NCBI RefSeq assembly: GCF_036588685.1
Contig: NC_086383.1
Location: 8,370,001 to 8,434,000 of the forward strand
DNA: 64,000 nucleotides
Origin: Mytilus trossulus
Lineage: Eukaryota
Direction: 5' to 3'
Under the pieces are notes generated by a model. That model was not told the DNA's origin. It searched no databases and saw only the letters and a list, made by a program, of their open reading frames with translations. Made by a program: the position numbers and the translations under genes. Shown here piece after piece: positions 13,103 through 25,813 of the stretch. Position 1 is the stretch's first letter. Each line of letters begins with the position of its first letter.

Positions 13103-15090
13103 TTAGATGTCTAACAATTTCAATTTCCTTTTTTCTGTGTCTGAACATTTACAATTACTATAAAAGAAAGCTTGATCATAACACTCATATGCCTCGTCTT
13201 TATATCCCGATATCTCATTACATACTCCAAGTATTGTTAATGAATCAGTTGTTTTTTCTTTTGTTATGCTTTTTGCACCGTTTACTGCTAAATATATATT
13301 ACGTAAAGCTAGTTGTCTATTGGATATATCACCACGATGATGAAAGCATAGAAATCTAAGACAGTGAGACATTAAACAAGGTGAGATAGATATTAAATGA
13401 TGTTCTGCCTCCAGCGTTAGTTCTTCTGGTATTAATGATGATCTCGGTACGTATCTTACCTCTGCGACGGTGGCTAATGTCACCCTTTCAGTCAATGTCA
13501 TTGAAGAATGTACATTATGTCTGTATTTTTGGAAACATATTTCCGAAAGCTTGCAGCTTTGACATATCCTATTAGGTGAACATTTTGATAGAACATAATC
13601 TGTTAGTCTAAGTGTAACATCGAACTGTCCTGTCACATAATAGTACGATGCGTACAACAGCCAACCCGATACAGCATCTGTCTTAATGACGTTTTTTAAA
13701 TATCTCTGATAAATATTGCGTATGTTGTACGCTTCTCCTATTGTGTTTGGTGAAGGAAGTTGTTGTGCTATATGTTTACTGATTATAGCAACATAATATT
13801 TGCAAATATCAACAATAAAAGAAGACGATTCCGACTTTAGCAAAGATTCCGTAATTGCAAGTCCGTTATACATTCTTAAAGGGCATTCTGGTCCGGAATT
13901 TATGTTGACCAAGTTACATGTACCAAACATCCTGTAAAGTAGAAAGTCCAATCTAATGAACGAGGATTCATTATTTGTACAAACTAAACGAGTATGTTCA
14001 TTGTCCGGTGCAAATAAACTATTTAACAATCCATCAATCCCTCCAAACATTATACTCTCTAGAACACATAGTAGTATTTTATTGTTACTTTGATCGATCT
14101 TACCAAGGAACATATTGTGTTCTGGTATAAAATAGTTCGGACAGTAACATTTTTTTACCCATAAAATTATTTTATCAACACAGAGGAAAAAGCAATAATA
14201 TATTTTCGATAATTGGAAAGTGTTAATATTCACTCCCTCCGAGACCCAGAATAAAGCCGTCTTCAGAAAATAAGAGCACATTAAATCTTTGACTTCATCG
14301 TGTGTGTTTATTATACGCTTCAACATTAATTTGAGTAGACCGTAACATAAAAGCTGAGTGAAGTTAAACGAATGTACAAGTATTTTTTCTGCCACAGAGA
14401 AAGATATTCTCCATAAATTAGATTTGTGATCTGATAAAGTCTTCGGTCCTATAGGCACTAACAAACATCCGTAATTTAGTATCCTGTCAATTACGAAATT
14501 AGGTGGCCATTGCCATCGATGACGGATAGCCCATGAACTTGCATTTCTTGGTAGATATTTACTCCGTACACAAAATGCCATATCAATAGTATGGTTTTGG
14601 TTTGACAAACATGGACCGTGTAATGATAACGGTACAGACCATCTATTCATATATTTCTTAGAAAATTCGTTTGGTGGTAGATACAACCACTCTCCGCTAC
14701 ATGTTCCTGGACTACATTGACAATCTACAATTACCAACCCTTCACCTTTTGCTTTTACCCTAAGACTAGTAAAGCCAGGATGATCAAATTCGGTCTCCAT
14801 AACACACGTCATACGTTGTATTGGGTGTTTGATGTTACTTACATTATTTACCACGTCAATATCATTACATATGTACATTATATCTATGTCACTGCCTGGA
14901 AAGTCAAGTCCTTCAGCCAAACTTCCACTTGATATTTTTCTAAAATCAGTCATACATGCATTCACTATCATATCATGAATGATAAATAGTCGTTGTCTCT
15001 TTCGTATATCTATTTCAGTACCAATTGTGTTGACTAGGTTCTGGTATAAGCATTTCTCCCTCAGGTAACTGTCGGCTAAAAGCAATTGAT
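13103..15090 (-). CDS. Mab-21/cGAS-like receptor (cGLR) nucleotidyltransferase with helical/TPR-like C-terminus; main coding exon
   Basis: Uninterrupted ~660-codon frame. NTase motif SSGSLAEGLDFPGSDIDIMY, third acidic residue in IDMAFC, Mab-21 signatures HGPC, GCLLVPIG, WRISFSVAEKIL, SYFLKTALFW and CPNYFIPEHNMF. The first 16 aa of the ORF track look intronic; acceptor ttattacag|ATC at 15091/15090. Confidence 0.92.
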
Positions 15091-15152
15091 CTGTAATAAA
15101 TATAAATATACATATTGATTTACGTTTGAAAAAAAACATTAAAAAGACGTAC

Positions 15153-15323
15153 CTACAATATGTACAAAGATAATTGACCCCTCCTTACATATAATCCAAT
15201 CAAGCGTTCCGAATAGAGAGTCAATATTGCAGGTAATCTAAACGCAGTTGATGCAAGGTATGATAATTTACAACCAATGAATCAATCATACTCTAGTTGG
15301 GTATTTCGTCCTCTATGTTTCAT
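15153..15323 (-). pseudogene. Probable upstream exon of the cGLR gene, apparently disrupted
   Basis: Donor AG|gtacgt at 15153/15152 gives a 62-nt intron to the 15091 acceptor. The frame reads MKHRGRNTQLEYD*FIGCKLSYLA...LTLYSER...YIL*, with an in-frame TGA and a phase mismatch to the next exon. Confidence 0.4.
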
Positions 15324-15714
15324 CGACCTAGTATTCAAGACTTTTAATTTTACCGGAAAATATAAACAGCCAAGCTGTCTTGTAATTTGTAATTCATATA
15401 CTTTAATTCAAACCTCCATCACTCATTTGTTTTACTAAAATTAACATTTAGTGTTATTTGTAAAAAAGACATATCGTGGCGATATACTGATTTTGCATTA
15501 CATACAGTATCTGTATTGTCAATTTAGTTCATTTCGTTCACGTGTCTCCTATTTTAATTGTTGTTTTGACTGTTTGTAGTGAACTGTTGGTTTTGTATTT
15601 TAGTCCATCAGCTGGTAAGGTATAAATTTCAGTTCTGTGTTACGGCCAAGGCCAAGGCCAAGAGTTATGTCTGAAGAACATTTTTAAAGGTGTTATTATT
15701 TTGAAAAGGTGTGC

Positions 15715-16043
15715 NNNNNNNNNNNNNNNNNNNNNNNNNNNNNNNNNNNNNNNNNNNNNNNNNNNNNNNNNNNNNNNNNNNNNNNNNNNNNNNNNNNNNN
15801 NNNNNNNNNNNNNNNNNNNNNNNNNNNNNNNNNNNNNNNNNNNNNNNNNNNNNNNNNNNNNNNNNNNNNNNNNNNNNNNNNNNNNNNNNNNNNNNNNNNN
15901 NNNNNNNNNNNNNNNNNNNNNNNNNNNNNNNNNNNNNNNNNNNNNNNNNNNNNNNNNNNNNNNNNNNNNNNNNNNNNNNNNNNNNNNNNNNNNNNNNNNN
16001 NNNNNNNNNNNNNNNNNNNNNNNNNNNNNNNNNNNNNNNNNNN
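15715..16043. other. Assembly gap (329 N)
   Basis: Run of N. Confidence 1.
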
Positions 16044-17700
16044 ATACTTAGCAATATCAACGTTTTGAATATCCTTATTGCTACAAGCATTCGAGCATTC
16101 ACTGCTAACTGTTCAGGATGAACCTTGTCGAACGCAAGAACATCTTTTTTTGGCACAGCCAGCTTTACATGAGCAGCTTATCAGAATTAATAAAGCATCT
16201 ATAGCTGGCGATTGCAATTGATATTGATTAAATCGATCGTTAAAATCCAACCATGGTATTTGGCAACGTAACAGTGTTGTTCAAAAGCAGATTTCCAAAT
16301 CTTCGCCTGAAAGTTGGCTTGTTTCATGAGCTTTGACATTACATAGGCCGCCGTTTTTCTGATTCTATTGAAATAATATGTGTTTTGGTGGTAATATGAA
16401 TTGATAAAGTTTCCATCCATGTATTATGAACTCTAACTTTATATTGGTTTTCTTAAAATCTTTTGTTGGGGCATCAAATGACAATAAATGTTTTTTGCAT
16501 TTCAAATAATTCTGAATCTTAAATCATCGATGTTATTTTTATAGCCATATATAGAACACAAAAAACCTGAGTTGTTGATAACTCTTCGTCTACCTCTTCA
16601 AAGGTTTTACCAAGACGGAATAAACCTTCTGAAAACCCTACAGAACGTGTCAAAACGCCGAACGCTTTGCTTTTTCCTTTACCAGACACAGCACTAATTG
16701 AATCATAACCAGTAAAGGCATGAAATCCTGGCAGCTGTGCTCTACAAACGTTCTCCTCCAATTACGCACTCATTGATTGCACATTTAATAATCTACATTT
16801 GATAGACGTACCTGTCAGAATACTTATATTAGAACTGATGCAACTCTGAAAATAGCAGACCAAGACTTCCGCGTCAGTTTTAGAAGATTTCATAACACTG
16901 GTATCGTAACCTTTGTCAGCTGCGTGTTTTTGCGTGAATAAACATTTTTGTGTCGGCTTCTTCCTTTTAGCTTAGAAGCTCGATGCACTCTACACTTTTC
17001 ATTTTCAACATGTATTGTGTTGGACATACTTACATGTGATATATACAAATCAATACCGTCAAGTGTAAATTTATGGGATTGTTTACTCCATTCCGACACA
17101 AAGAATTCAACAAGAGCAACTTTTTTTTTTCTAACAACTGACAAACAGTTCTTTATTGTCGAGGACACGATTGTGATGGTGTAGAACTTAGCGTATTGAT
17201 GCGTCCTCCCAAGGACCTGCCGTTTTAAGTATTTTATGGATATAGGTCAGTTAACAAAGCAATGCGGGGAGCTCGTTTGAAACTAAAAGGGTGGTTTGTA
17301 AAACAACAATTGCTAAATCAGAAAAAGTACTTGGTATACTAGTTATTGAATGAATGACTGCCATGCAATCAAATATCAACAGGCTTTCCTCAGGAATACC
17401 TCTTTTCTAAGAGACCAACAAAAGCAGATTTATTTTTCTTTACAGGTGTCAACGTTTGAAAGAGACCATTTCAAACTGGATTGCCTCTCGCATATCTTGT
17501 CTGGGATATGACAAGCAGGCGACCTAAAAGATTTCAATATTTTCTTGTTCTTATCAGCCATTTACTGCTGGTATTTTATTTCCATTGTTGAAAATGTATC
17601 CAATGATTGTCTTTTGATTGGTTTTATGATATCAGTAGACATTTGAAAAAGCCGTACAGAAAGGAAAGTTTCTGATGCTACCTTTTCCTTTTCATTCACT
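16044..17700 (-). mobile_element. Academ-like DNA transposon remnant (XPG/FEN-like module)
   Basis: LPGFHAFTG(Y)DSISA.SGKGKSKAF, KQANFQAKIWKSA...HGW, KVALVEFFVSEW and IFDCMAVIHS motifs in fragmented frames; 3' end runs into the gap. Confidence 0.65.
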
Positions 17701-18176
17701 ACATAGATGAAACACAAAATGTAACAAGTACACCTTTATTGAATTTGATAGAGTGCACCCTTTTCAGAACACAAAAACAACATAACTCGACAATTTAATG
17801 TTTGCTTTCAGGAGTAAACTGATAAGCTTAAAGTGCTTATGTGTGAATATATTGTCGACTGAATAGAAGACGGTAATATGATGATTTCCGGTATTTCACG
17901 AGTATATTCACGTACATCTGTTTTATTGAATAATTCATATTTTAGACTGTTTGTCTGTTTGTCTTTCTTATTTTTAGCCATGGCGTTGTCAGTTTATTTT
18001 AGATTTATGAGTTTGACTGTCCCTATGGTATCTTTCGTCCCTATTTTAGACGATATCTAAATATTTTAAATAGTTCAAACATTGCTTAATGATCAATTCC
18101 AAAGTTTATTTACAAAAACAGGTAATTAATTAACGAATTTCTATATGAAATGAGAAAATATGCATTTATTCTAACC

Positions 18177-18245
18177 AAAAAGATCGGATTGTTTGTAATG
18201 TCAATAAAAAATGTTTATTGACATTACAAACAATCCGATCTTTTT
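18177..18245. repeat. Perfect inverted repeat (32-bp stem, 5-nt loop)
   Basis: aaaaagatcggattgtttgtaatgtcaataaa-aaatg-tttattgacattacaaacaatccgatcttttt. Confidence 0.95.
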
Positions 18246-20120
18246 TAAACAAAAAATCTTAAGTGTTACATTAAATTTGATAGATTTATATCTTTTGTAG
18301 TTATATACACCTATACTTTTATTGTTTTAATCGATTTATATTATTTTTATTTAATAAAATTGCTAAGTCGTGATTAGTAAATAAGGGTACAATTGAAAGG
18401 GACGTTTTGAAACCTCTTTTGGACACTTTTTCTTTTGTATAACACCTTGTATTTTATAATTAAGATAATGAATTTGAATTCCATAAAAAAAAATGGCGGT
18501 ACCCCGGGGTGTTACACAAATTCCTTAATTAGAGCGCATTTGAAAACTAGCTGATGGACTACTTCTGTCATGGTATTTTTGACATGTGTAAGACTGTTTG
18601 AATCAAACTAAACCAAGTTTGCACCTTTCAGTTCTTAAAGTGTTAGAAATTATACCTTTATTACAGTCTGTACAATTCTCTAAGTATTCCAGATATTCTT
18701 TTGAAGATTTGTCAGGATATCTTAGGTTCAGTATATACTGTTCTTCTGTTTTCCTTCTTCCCAAACAAGCCTTATACATTCGTTCAAACTGACAAATTGT
18801 TAGTCCGAAAACGTCATTTGAGATCACCTTCCCTCCATCTGAAGATTGGGAAAGTAATGGTGTAAACTTCCGCTTTCCACGGTAAGGAAAACGTTTAACA
18901 CCGTATATTTCCCAGTACGTCGTTTTTTGTATGCCAAATATATTTTCATCATTAGATTTGTCTTGATTTCTTGAGTTTCTGTTCATTATAACTGAAAGAA
19001 AGATGCCGTTACATATATTTAATTATGGATTAAATACATGTATGCAATGAATTTCAAGTTTTATATGTATGTAGCATATTAATACAAATTCATAATATAT
19101 AATACAATTTTTAGATTTAGCTAACAAAGCCCCTATATTTGTATGAATTAACATTCGTTTATAGTGAAAATTGTTTCAACTTAAATAAGCTACAATTTAA
19201 CATTACATGTTTGTCCCTCTCTGTGATTAATATTGTATAACTCTGGTTAACTTCCTAACCAATCTATCATGAAAGAGAGATATAGTATAAAAATGATCAA
19301 TGGTTCTTTATATTGTTATGTAATCATTTTGAACGTTTCAAATTTATTAAGTCAAATTCGTAGGTTTTTGATACACCGATAACAACAACTGAAATATTTT
19401 GAATTGATACATTTTGAAATTTTTTAAATTATATCAGAAACCAATACTTCATTGTAAGATAATGAACCTGTAAAATGGAGACAATACTCGCATAACTTTT
19501 TTTCGAATCGGCACATAATACATAGGAATGTCACTCTTGTACAAAAATGGCACATCAATATAACTAATTATATTTTAAGTGTGCATTCGTACTCCAACTT
19601 CAATGAAGATTCTAAATTATAGATAAAACCAAAAGTTGTTAATCTATAGGATAGTGAAGAATATTGATTGTTAACCCATGGTAAACAATATTTATTTAAA
19701 TTTTTTAAAAACTTCCTCAGAAAAATGATCGAGCCCCTTGACTTTCATAGCTCATAATTAACTTTTTTACACAATACTTTAATAAAGTAGTAAAACATTT
19801 GTTCATTCTCAAAGTGTAAGTCGCAATAAAAATTGTATGCTTGCATCATCTTACCCAAATACAGATTTGACTAAGTGTCGAACATTTCGGCACATTTTCA
19901 TAAATTTCGGTTTGTAACAAATCACATATCCATTTTAAGATCCGACTAAATACCGGTATCCCGATATCGTAGGTAAATATGCTAATTTATGTACAATATT
20001 CAAAATTATAAATAATGAGTCCATTTTAGAGTTGGTTTCTATATGTTTGCTTAAATTTGTTATTATTCTATTTCAAAATACGTTCTAACATATATGTACA
20101 TGGCTTTAGTAAAGTGAAAG

Positions 20121-20646
20121 TGGGCTCGCGGGTCCTATTTTTTTTTTTTTTTTAATATAGGATTCCGCTATATTTTTCTATAGATGAACTCATTCTTATA
20201 CTAAATAGAAAAATAAAATGAAAAGAAGGTTTCATCGTTTATTTACGCTAACAATCTGCCTCCGAAGGAAGCATACTTTTTTTCTGTTGAACTTTTAGAT
20301 GAAAAAGAGGTTATATCGAAATAAAAAAAGAACTTAATTACAGAAATCGAATTTTACAATAGTTAAATTTATAAACAATTTATTAAAAAATTATAATAAA
20401 AAATATAGGTCACCGATCATGCCGATGAGGTAAAAAAAAGATATTTCAATTTCTTATGCCAAAAAATGGCATGTTTGCACCAGGGGAAGGTACTTTGGAG
20501 CTTTTTCAATGATAAATACATTTCAAAAGTAATCTGGGGCCAGCACGATGTTTGTACTATATGATAAAGTTACAACTACAAGAGGAAATAAATAAAAAGG
20601 TAATGAAAAATAAATCTGAAATTTGTATACCCTCGAGCCTCCCTAA
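20121..20646. mobile_element. MITE-like non-autonomous DNA transposon
   Basis: Imperfect terminal inverted repeats gggctcgcgggt ... accctcgagcctccctaa; no coding capacity. Confidence 0.5.
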
Positions 20647-21390
20647 GTACATGCAACAGTTGTATACCGATGTTCAAAATTCATGATTCGATTGAGAAAA
20701 AACAAATCCGGTTTACAAACTCAAATTGAGAAAAAAAAACATCAAATATAAGAGGAGAATAATGACACAACAGAAAAACTAAAATCCAACATAGAAACGA
20801 ACTATATATAATTGTATTTTTCCGCGGTTCGTATAGTAAAGCGGGAAAACATTGTATTGTCGTTACGTTTTCATAAATATTCATAAGGCATGACAAAATT
20901 TACCAATCAGAAGTAGAATTTTGTCTTACGATATATTGGTGTTTTTCGAGCGCTTCACTTTCTAGCCGTCGTTCATCATAGTAAGTTCCTTTTTTTTTAA
21001 TTGCTGATTGCAATTAAAGTTGTTTTTTTCTGATTATCTATTCGTATATGTATTTGCTAATTAAAAGTGTGGTCCGCCACTTTTATCCGCAGATAGGCTC
21101 GAGCATGGCACGGATACAGGCTTCCATTCACATCCATATATCATGTGAACGATTGTTGGTTTTTCCTGAACGGCCTTGACTATCTATGAAGAGTAAACAT
21201 TCAGAAACTTAACCGAATACACTGTGGGTACATTGATATTTGAAATAATATACAAATACATATGGAGAAAAGTATTGCAACACCTAATTGAAATTGAAAT
21301 TAAAAAAACACTCTTTATTTTTTTGCTATATAATTTGGAAAAATAGAAGTAGTTATTAGTTATCAAAAGTAGCAGGATTATAATTGTATA

Positions 21391-21432
21391 CGCCAGACGC
21401 GCGTTTCGTCTACATAAGACTCATCAATGACG
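21391..21432 (-). ncRNA. Minimal Type I hammerhead ribozyme (C3U variant)
   Basis: CGUCA-UUGAUGA-GUCU(uaugu)AGAC-GAAA-CGCGCG-UC-UGGCG. Confidence 0.75.
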
Positions 21433-21751
21433 CTCAGATCAAAATAGTTAAAAAGCCAAATAAATACAAAGTTGAAAAGCATTGAGGATCCAAAATTCCA
21501 AAAAGTTGTGCCAAATATGGCTTAGGTAATCTACTCCTGGGGTAAGAAAATCCTTAGTTTTTCGAAAAATTTTGTAAAAAAGTTTTGTAAACAGAAAATT
21601 TATAAAAATGACCATATAATTGATATTCATGTCAACACCGAAGTGCTGACTACTGGGCTGGTGATACCCTCGGGGACGAAACGTCCACCAGCAGTGGCAT
21701 CGACCTAGTGGTGTAAATAGTTATCAAAAGTACCAGGATTATAATTTTATA

Positions 21752-21793
21752 CGCCAGACGCGCGTTTCATCTGCAGAAGACTCATCAGTGACG
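21752..21793 (-). ncRNA. Minimal Type I hammerhead ribozyme (G-U at the base of stem II)
   Basis: CGUCA-CUGAUGA-GUCU(ucugc)AGAU-GAAA-CGCGCG-UC-UGGCG. Confidence 0.75.
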
Positions 21794-21807
21794 CTCAGAT
21801 CAAAATA

Positions 21808-23007
21808 TACTGAGTGCCAATGAAAACGCAAAACTTTTATTTTTCCAAAAAATCTTATAATTTTTTATTTTATTTATATTAAAACTTTATATAGTTGGTT
21901 TAAAATAACTTTTAAGACAATTGACGACAACTTTACGGTTGAGTGATTTTTTGAACAAATGCGAAGTAAGGGTTATTTTGAACGGACATAAACCGAGTTC
22001 ACCGCTTTGTAACATACGCACCAATTTCACGATTTTGTCATTTAAAGCTTGGCTAATGTCATGACTTTTCCCGCCCTTATTGTAAGGAAACTGCAATAAA
22101 CATTTGAGTAAATGCCAGGACTTTCTGACATCCAGCGACATGCAGTTTTGGGCATGATTCAATGAAGCCTTTCAGTACATAAAATTACGAGAAGACTGAA
22201 GTTGTAGCCTCTACAATAACCCAAATCATCCACAAATTCAACCAAAATGGATCATTTAATGATAAGCGACATCCCGGGGTACAAAAAGCAAGAAACGCTC
22301 AGCCGTACCGATACATTTGGTATTAAACATATTCGATATTTACTCTGATGGGTGTACAAAGGTCACGAGAGTTAAATGGTGGTCACGGTAGATCCTTTGG
22401 AGCAATTTCAGTAAAGCATCATTTGCGCAGAAATCGTTAAAAAGCACCAAAGTCTTTCCTTAGTGACATCTAAACCGCCGTAAGGCGTAATTATTGAATT
22501 CTGTAGACCATAAATCATTCATTGTGTACCAAAAACCGTCAGTGGATGTTACATAGACATTTGACACCCATCTTGGCCAAATGTCACGTGTTTCACCCGA
22601 TTTTGGTCCGATCGTGCAAATTTTGCATCAGATTGGACATGATTTAGACGATGAAAACCACCCCCCAATATCATAAAGTCAGCTTGAGTTTGATATGCGG
22701 GACAAGTGGAACAATATTCCTCGAGATCACATTAAAAGTCTGGGTTGATTAATTCCACGGCGCTGTCGAGATTGCGCTACACAACTGGGTTGTAACATGT
22801 TTTGTTAGGACTGTGAATGATGATTCGACATTGGATGTTTCGTTCACCTATAGCGTCTGAAAGATGACAATGGAACATTTTTGTTTGATATCGATCTTTT
22901 GTTAGAATTGTTAATTTTCAAGAACAATTTATTTTGAGAGATTATCATTTCTAATATAAATTTTATTTTTGAAAAACCAAGTGTTGCGTTTTCATTGGCA
23001 CTCAGTA
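21808..23007 (+). mobile_element. Tc1/mariner DNA transposon, complete ends, decayed transposase
   Basis: 24-bp TIRs tactgagtgccaatgaaaacgcaa / ttgcgttttcattggcactcagta; TA TSD at 21806-7 and 23008-9; WP...SPD..PI remnant at ~22575-22615. Confidence 0.9.
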
Positions 23008-23229
23008 TAGTTAAAAAGCCAAATAAATACAAAGTTGAAGAGCATTGAGGATCCACAATTCCAAAAAGTTGTCCCAAATATGGCTAAGGTAAACATTATT
23101 TAAATATCACCTGAGTTTAATCAATAAATATCGACTCGATAAATTATTATCTGCACATGCAGCTACTGTACCCGTAAACAGCAAAACAGATGTTGTTATC
23201 CTCATTGTTTTCAACACTTTAAATGACCA

Positions 23230-24130
23230 AATTTTTAAAAGTTATGTGATTGACACCTTGTAATGGGTCCTCGAAACTCTTAACTGCAGCAAAATGGCAG
23301 ATTATCAGCATGACAGAAGCAGGGATGTCGTTGTGACAACTGCACGTATTGTTGGTATATACCATTTCACTATAAGTCGTTTTGAGAATAAAATGAGACA
23401 ATAAACGATATTAAAGACCTTCAGAGATATAGAAGACACCCTAAACCATTTGCTACGGAAAATCAAACATAATGGAGGTTGGTCAGAAGGAAATCCATTG
23501 CACACAAAACAATCCTAAAAAGAAGGTGGTGGGCAAACAAGAGACTTTTACCAAGAACTTTCCGAGATCGACTCATCGCTACTGGTTATTTTGCGATAAG
23601 ACCATTTCGGAGACCTTTGCTTACGAACAAACACACAGCTTTCCGTATCCAATGGAGTGCAGAGCTCGCCAAAGTAGAAAATTAGCATCATGGAGGAAGA
23701 TCCATTGTTCCAATGGAATTCGGTTCATCTTCCTTGGCCTGATCGTAGCCCAGATTTGAACCATATCGAGCATAAATGGGACAATGTTGGGCTGAAGGTG
23801 CGCGAAAGGACACCCCAATTCAAACACATCAGGAAATAAACATTACCCTCCATCAGAAATGGTTGCTGCTACCTTAGCAACAAATTGGTCGATGTATGGC
23901 AGAAATCAGAAGACGTTTAGATGCGGTTATCCATTTCAGAGGAGGCTGCGCAGAAAGTACTTATTCTTTGGCGTATAACGATCAACCATGATGTGAACAG
24001 TCATCTGAAGACTAATTTTGAAATGTCTGACATTGTAAAGTTCGACTACAGTAAAAGTTGTAAAATGCATTTTTTGTACAAAAAACACTTCATGTTGTTA
24101 TTAAAATTGTGGTAATATAAATCATATTTT
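23230..24130 (+). mobile_element. Tc1-like transposase remnant
   Basis: LPWPDRSPDLNHIEHKWDNVG at ~23730-23792; GRPR.LT-like segment at ~23264. Confidence 0.75.
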
Positions 24131-25813
24131 TTTCAAACATTTTTTGTTTGTTTAAGGCGAAGTGTACGTAATTGAACGCCCCTAGCGGAATACGGGATTA
24201 ATTTTTAAACGTTCGACGTTAGTTACCCAAGATATCTCCCTTCCTCCAAGAACAGACACACAGAGAAACTACTTCGTGCAGTCTATCGTGAATCCAACAA
24301 GCACTCCTGTGCTATCTTAAAACCTAATCACGAGAAATTGTCTGAATTACTCTATTTAGAAATCAAAGCATAGTATTGTTTCATGCAGCCTTACTTTAAT
24401 ACCAGTTGACTGTTTTTGTTTATGTGCTTGTTTTGGATGCGTGGGAGAAGGCATTTCGTGTTTATAATATCAACAGATTGTAAAAACGCCTCACAACAGA
24501 ACTATAAACAAATAAACATGAGACAATTCTTCTTCTATTGATATCTAATTAATTAAAATGAAACCTGAATTGACTCAACAACATGGTTTTAAAAAACCGT
24601 AGTTTTAAACGAAAACACTCAGTTCTCAACATAAAGTTTTAGGTTACGAATAATAAGGAATGAAACACATGTGAAATTAGTTATTGAATTTAAAAGACCG
24701 TTGACATGTTCGTATTTTGTGCAAATGAATATTTTAGGACATATTTTAGGACATATAATTTATATCCATTTAAAAGAAAGACTATACCAAAAGAATATAA
24801 TTTGACCACGAGTGGCTGTGCAACACTTACAAGTCGGAAGAACAAAGACAGAAAATAAAAAAAATAGGCCGGCCCAAACAAATTAATTTACTCAGTTAAC
24901 TGAATAGTGATCACTCTAAACATTTATCCAAGAATAAGTAAAAACTATGTCATTCAACTCCCTGTTTTCAACTTTTTCATACATGTGCAGAAAATAAAGA
25001 GGTTTCTTCTATTCCGTCCGCAATTTATAGGAAAACTAAATCTAAATTTAGAACCAAATTTGAAATTGAAAGAACACATAAATGTAAGATAAAAATATAA
25101 CACGTAATTTCTTCTTTATTAAATTCCAATTTCGAAGAGATAGCAAACATTTTTTTTTTATTGTGCCTGTGTACATCATTTAAAATTAGAGAATATAATT
25201 TTGAAGTAACATTTTATTCTCAAGTCTCAATTCCAGATTATGAATAAGTAAAATATAATATTATTACGGTTAAAGAAAAGAGGTCAGGAAAGCTTTTCAA
25301 CGCTTGTAACTGGAATTTCATGTTTAACGAAATGAGAGGTGAAATGATTTCAGAATTTTGCATGGTTTGCACTTCGATAGCATTTTAAAGATTTATTTTT
25401 TATTTTAACCGAAGTTCTCTGCAAGGGATGTCTAACGACCCCAGTAATTATCCAGGAGGATCTCGCACTCGGTCAGCTCTATGGGTTTAACTAGTTCATG
25501 TTAATACAAGAATTGAGAAGCCTGTGGTGTACTAGTCCAATAAAATAAGAATTTGGAGTTTCATATCATTATCATTCAACATTTTTATCGGATATATATT
25601 ATTTTTATTATTAATATTGACCACTCCACACCCCCCCCCCCCCCTTCCAAATTTTTTTTTATATATATTCGATCAAAATCGTTGAATGTAAATTATTTTG
25701 AACTCCAAAGTCTTGCGTTATTGGACTAATGGTTTACTGGTAGTTATTCACTTTGGTTCAAGTCTACCACTTCACAACATGGTATTTGATTTGATTCGTA
25801 ACTATTTTTTTAA

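Larger units (their letters stand above)
21355..23095 (-). mobile_element. Retrozyme tandem array (361-nt unit, family 1) interrupted by a Tc1/mariner element
   Basis: Unit repeats at 21361 and 21722, each with a hammerhead; the array resumes at 23010 after the Tc1 insertion. Confidence 0.85.

Noticed and set aside
15665-16156. ORFs spanning the N run
   Set aside because: Artefacts of translating the assembly gap
18603-18986. 127-aa ORF as a host gene
   Set aside because: No recognisable domain; it may be part of the adjacent Academ-like element, but this is unsupported
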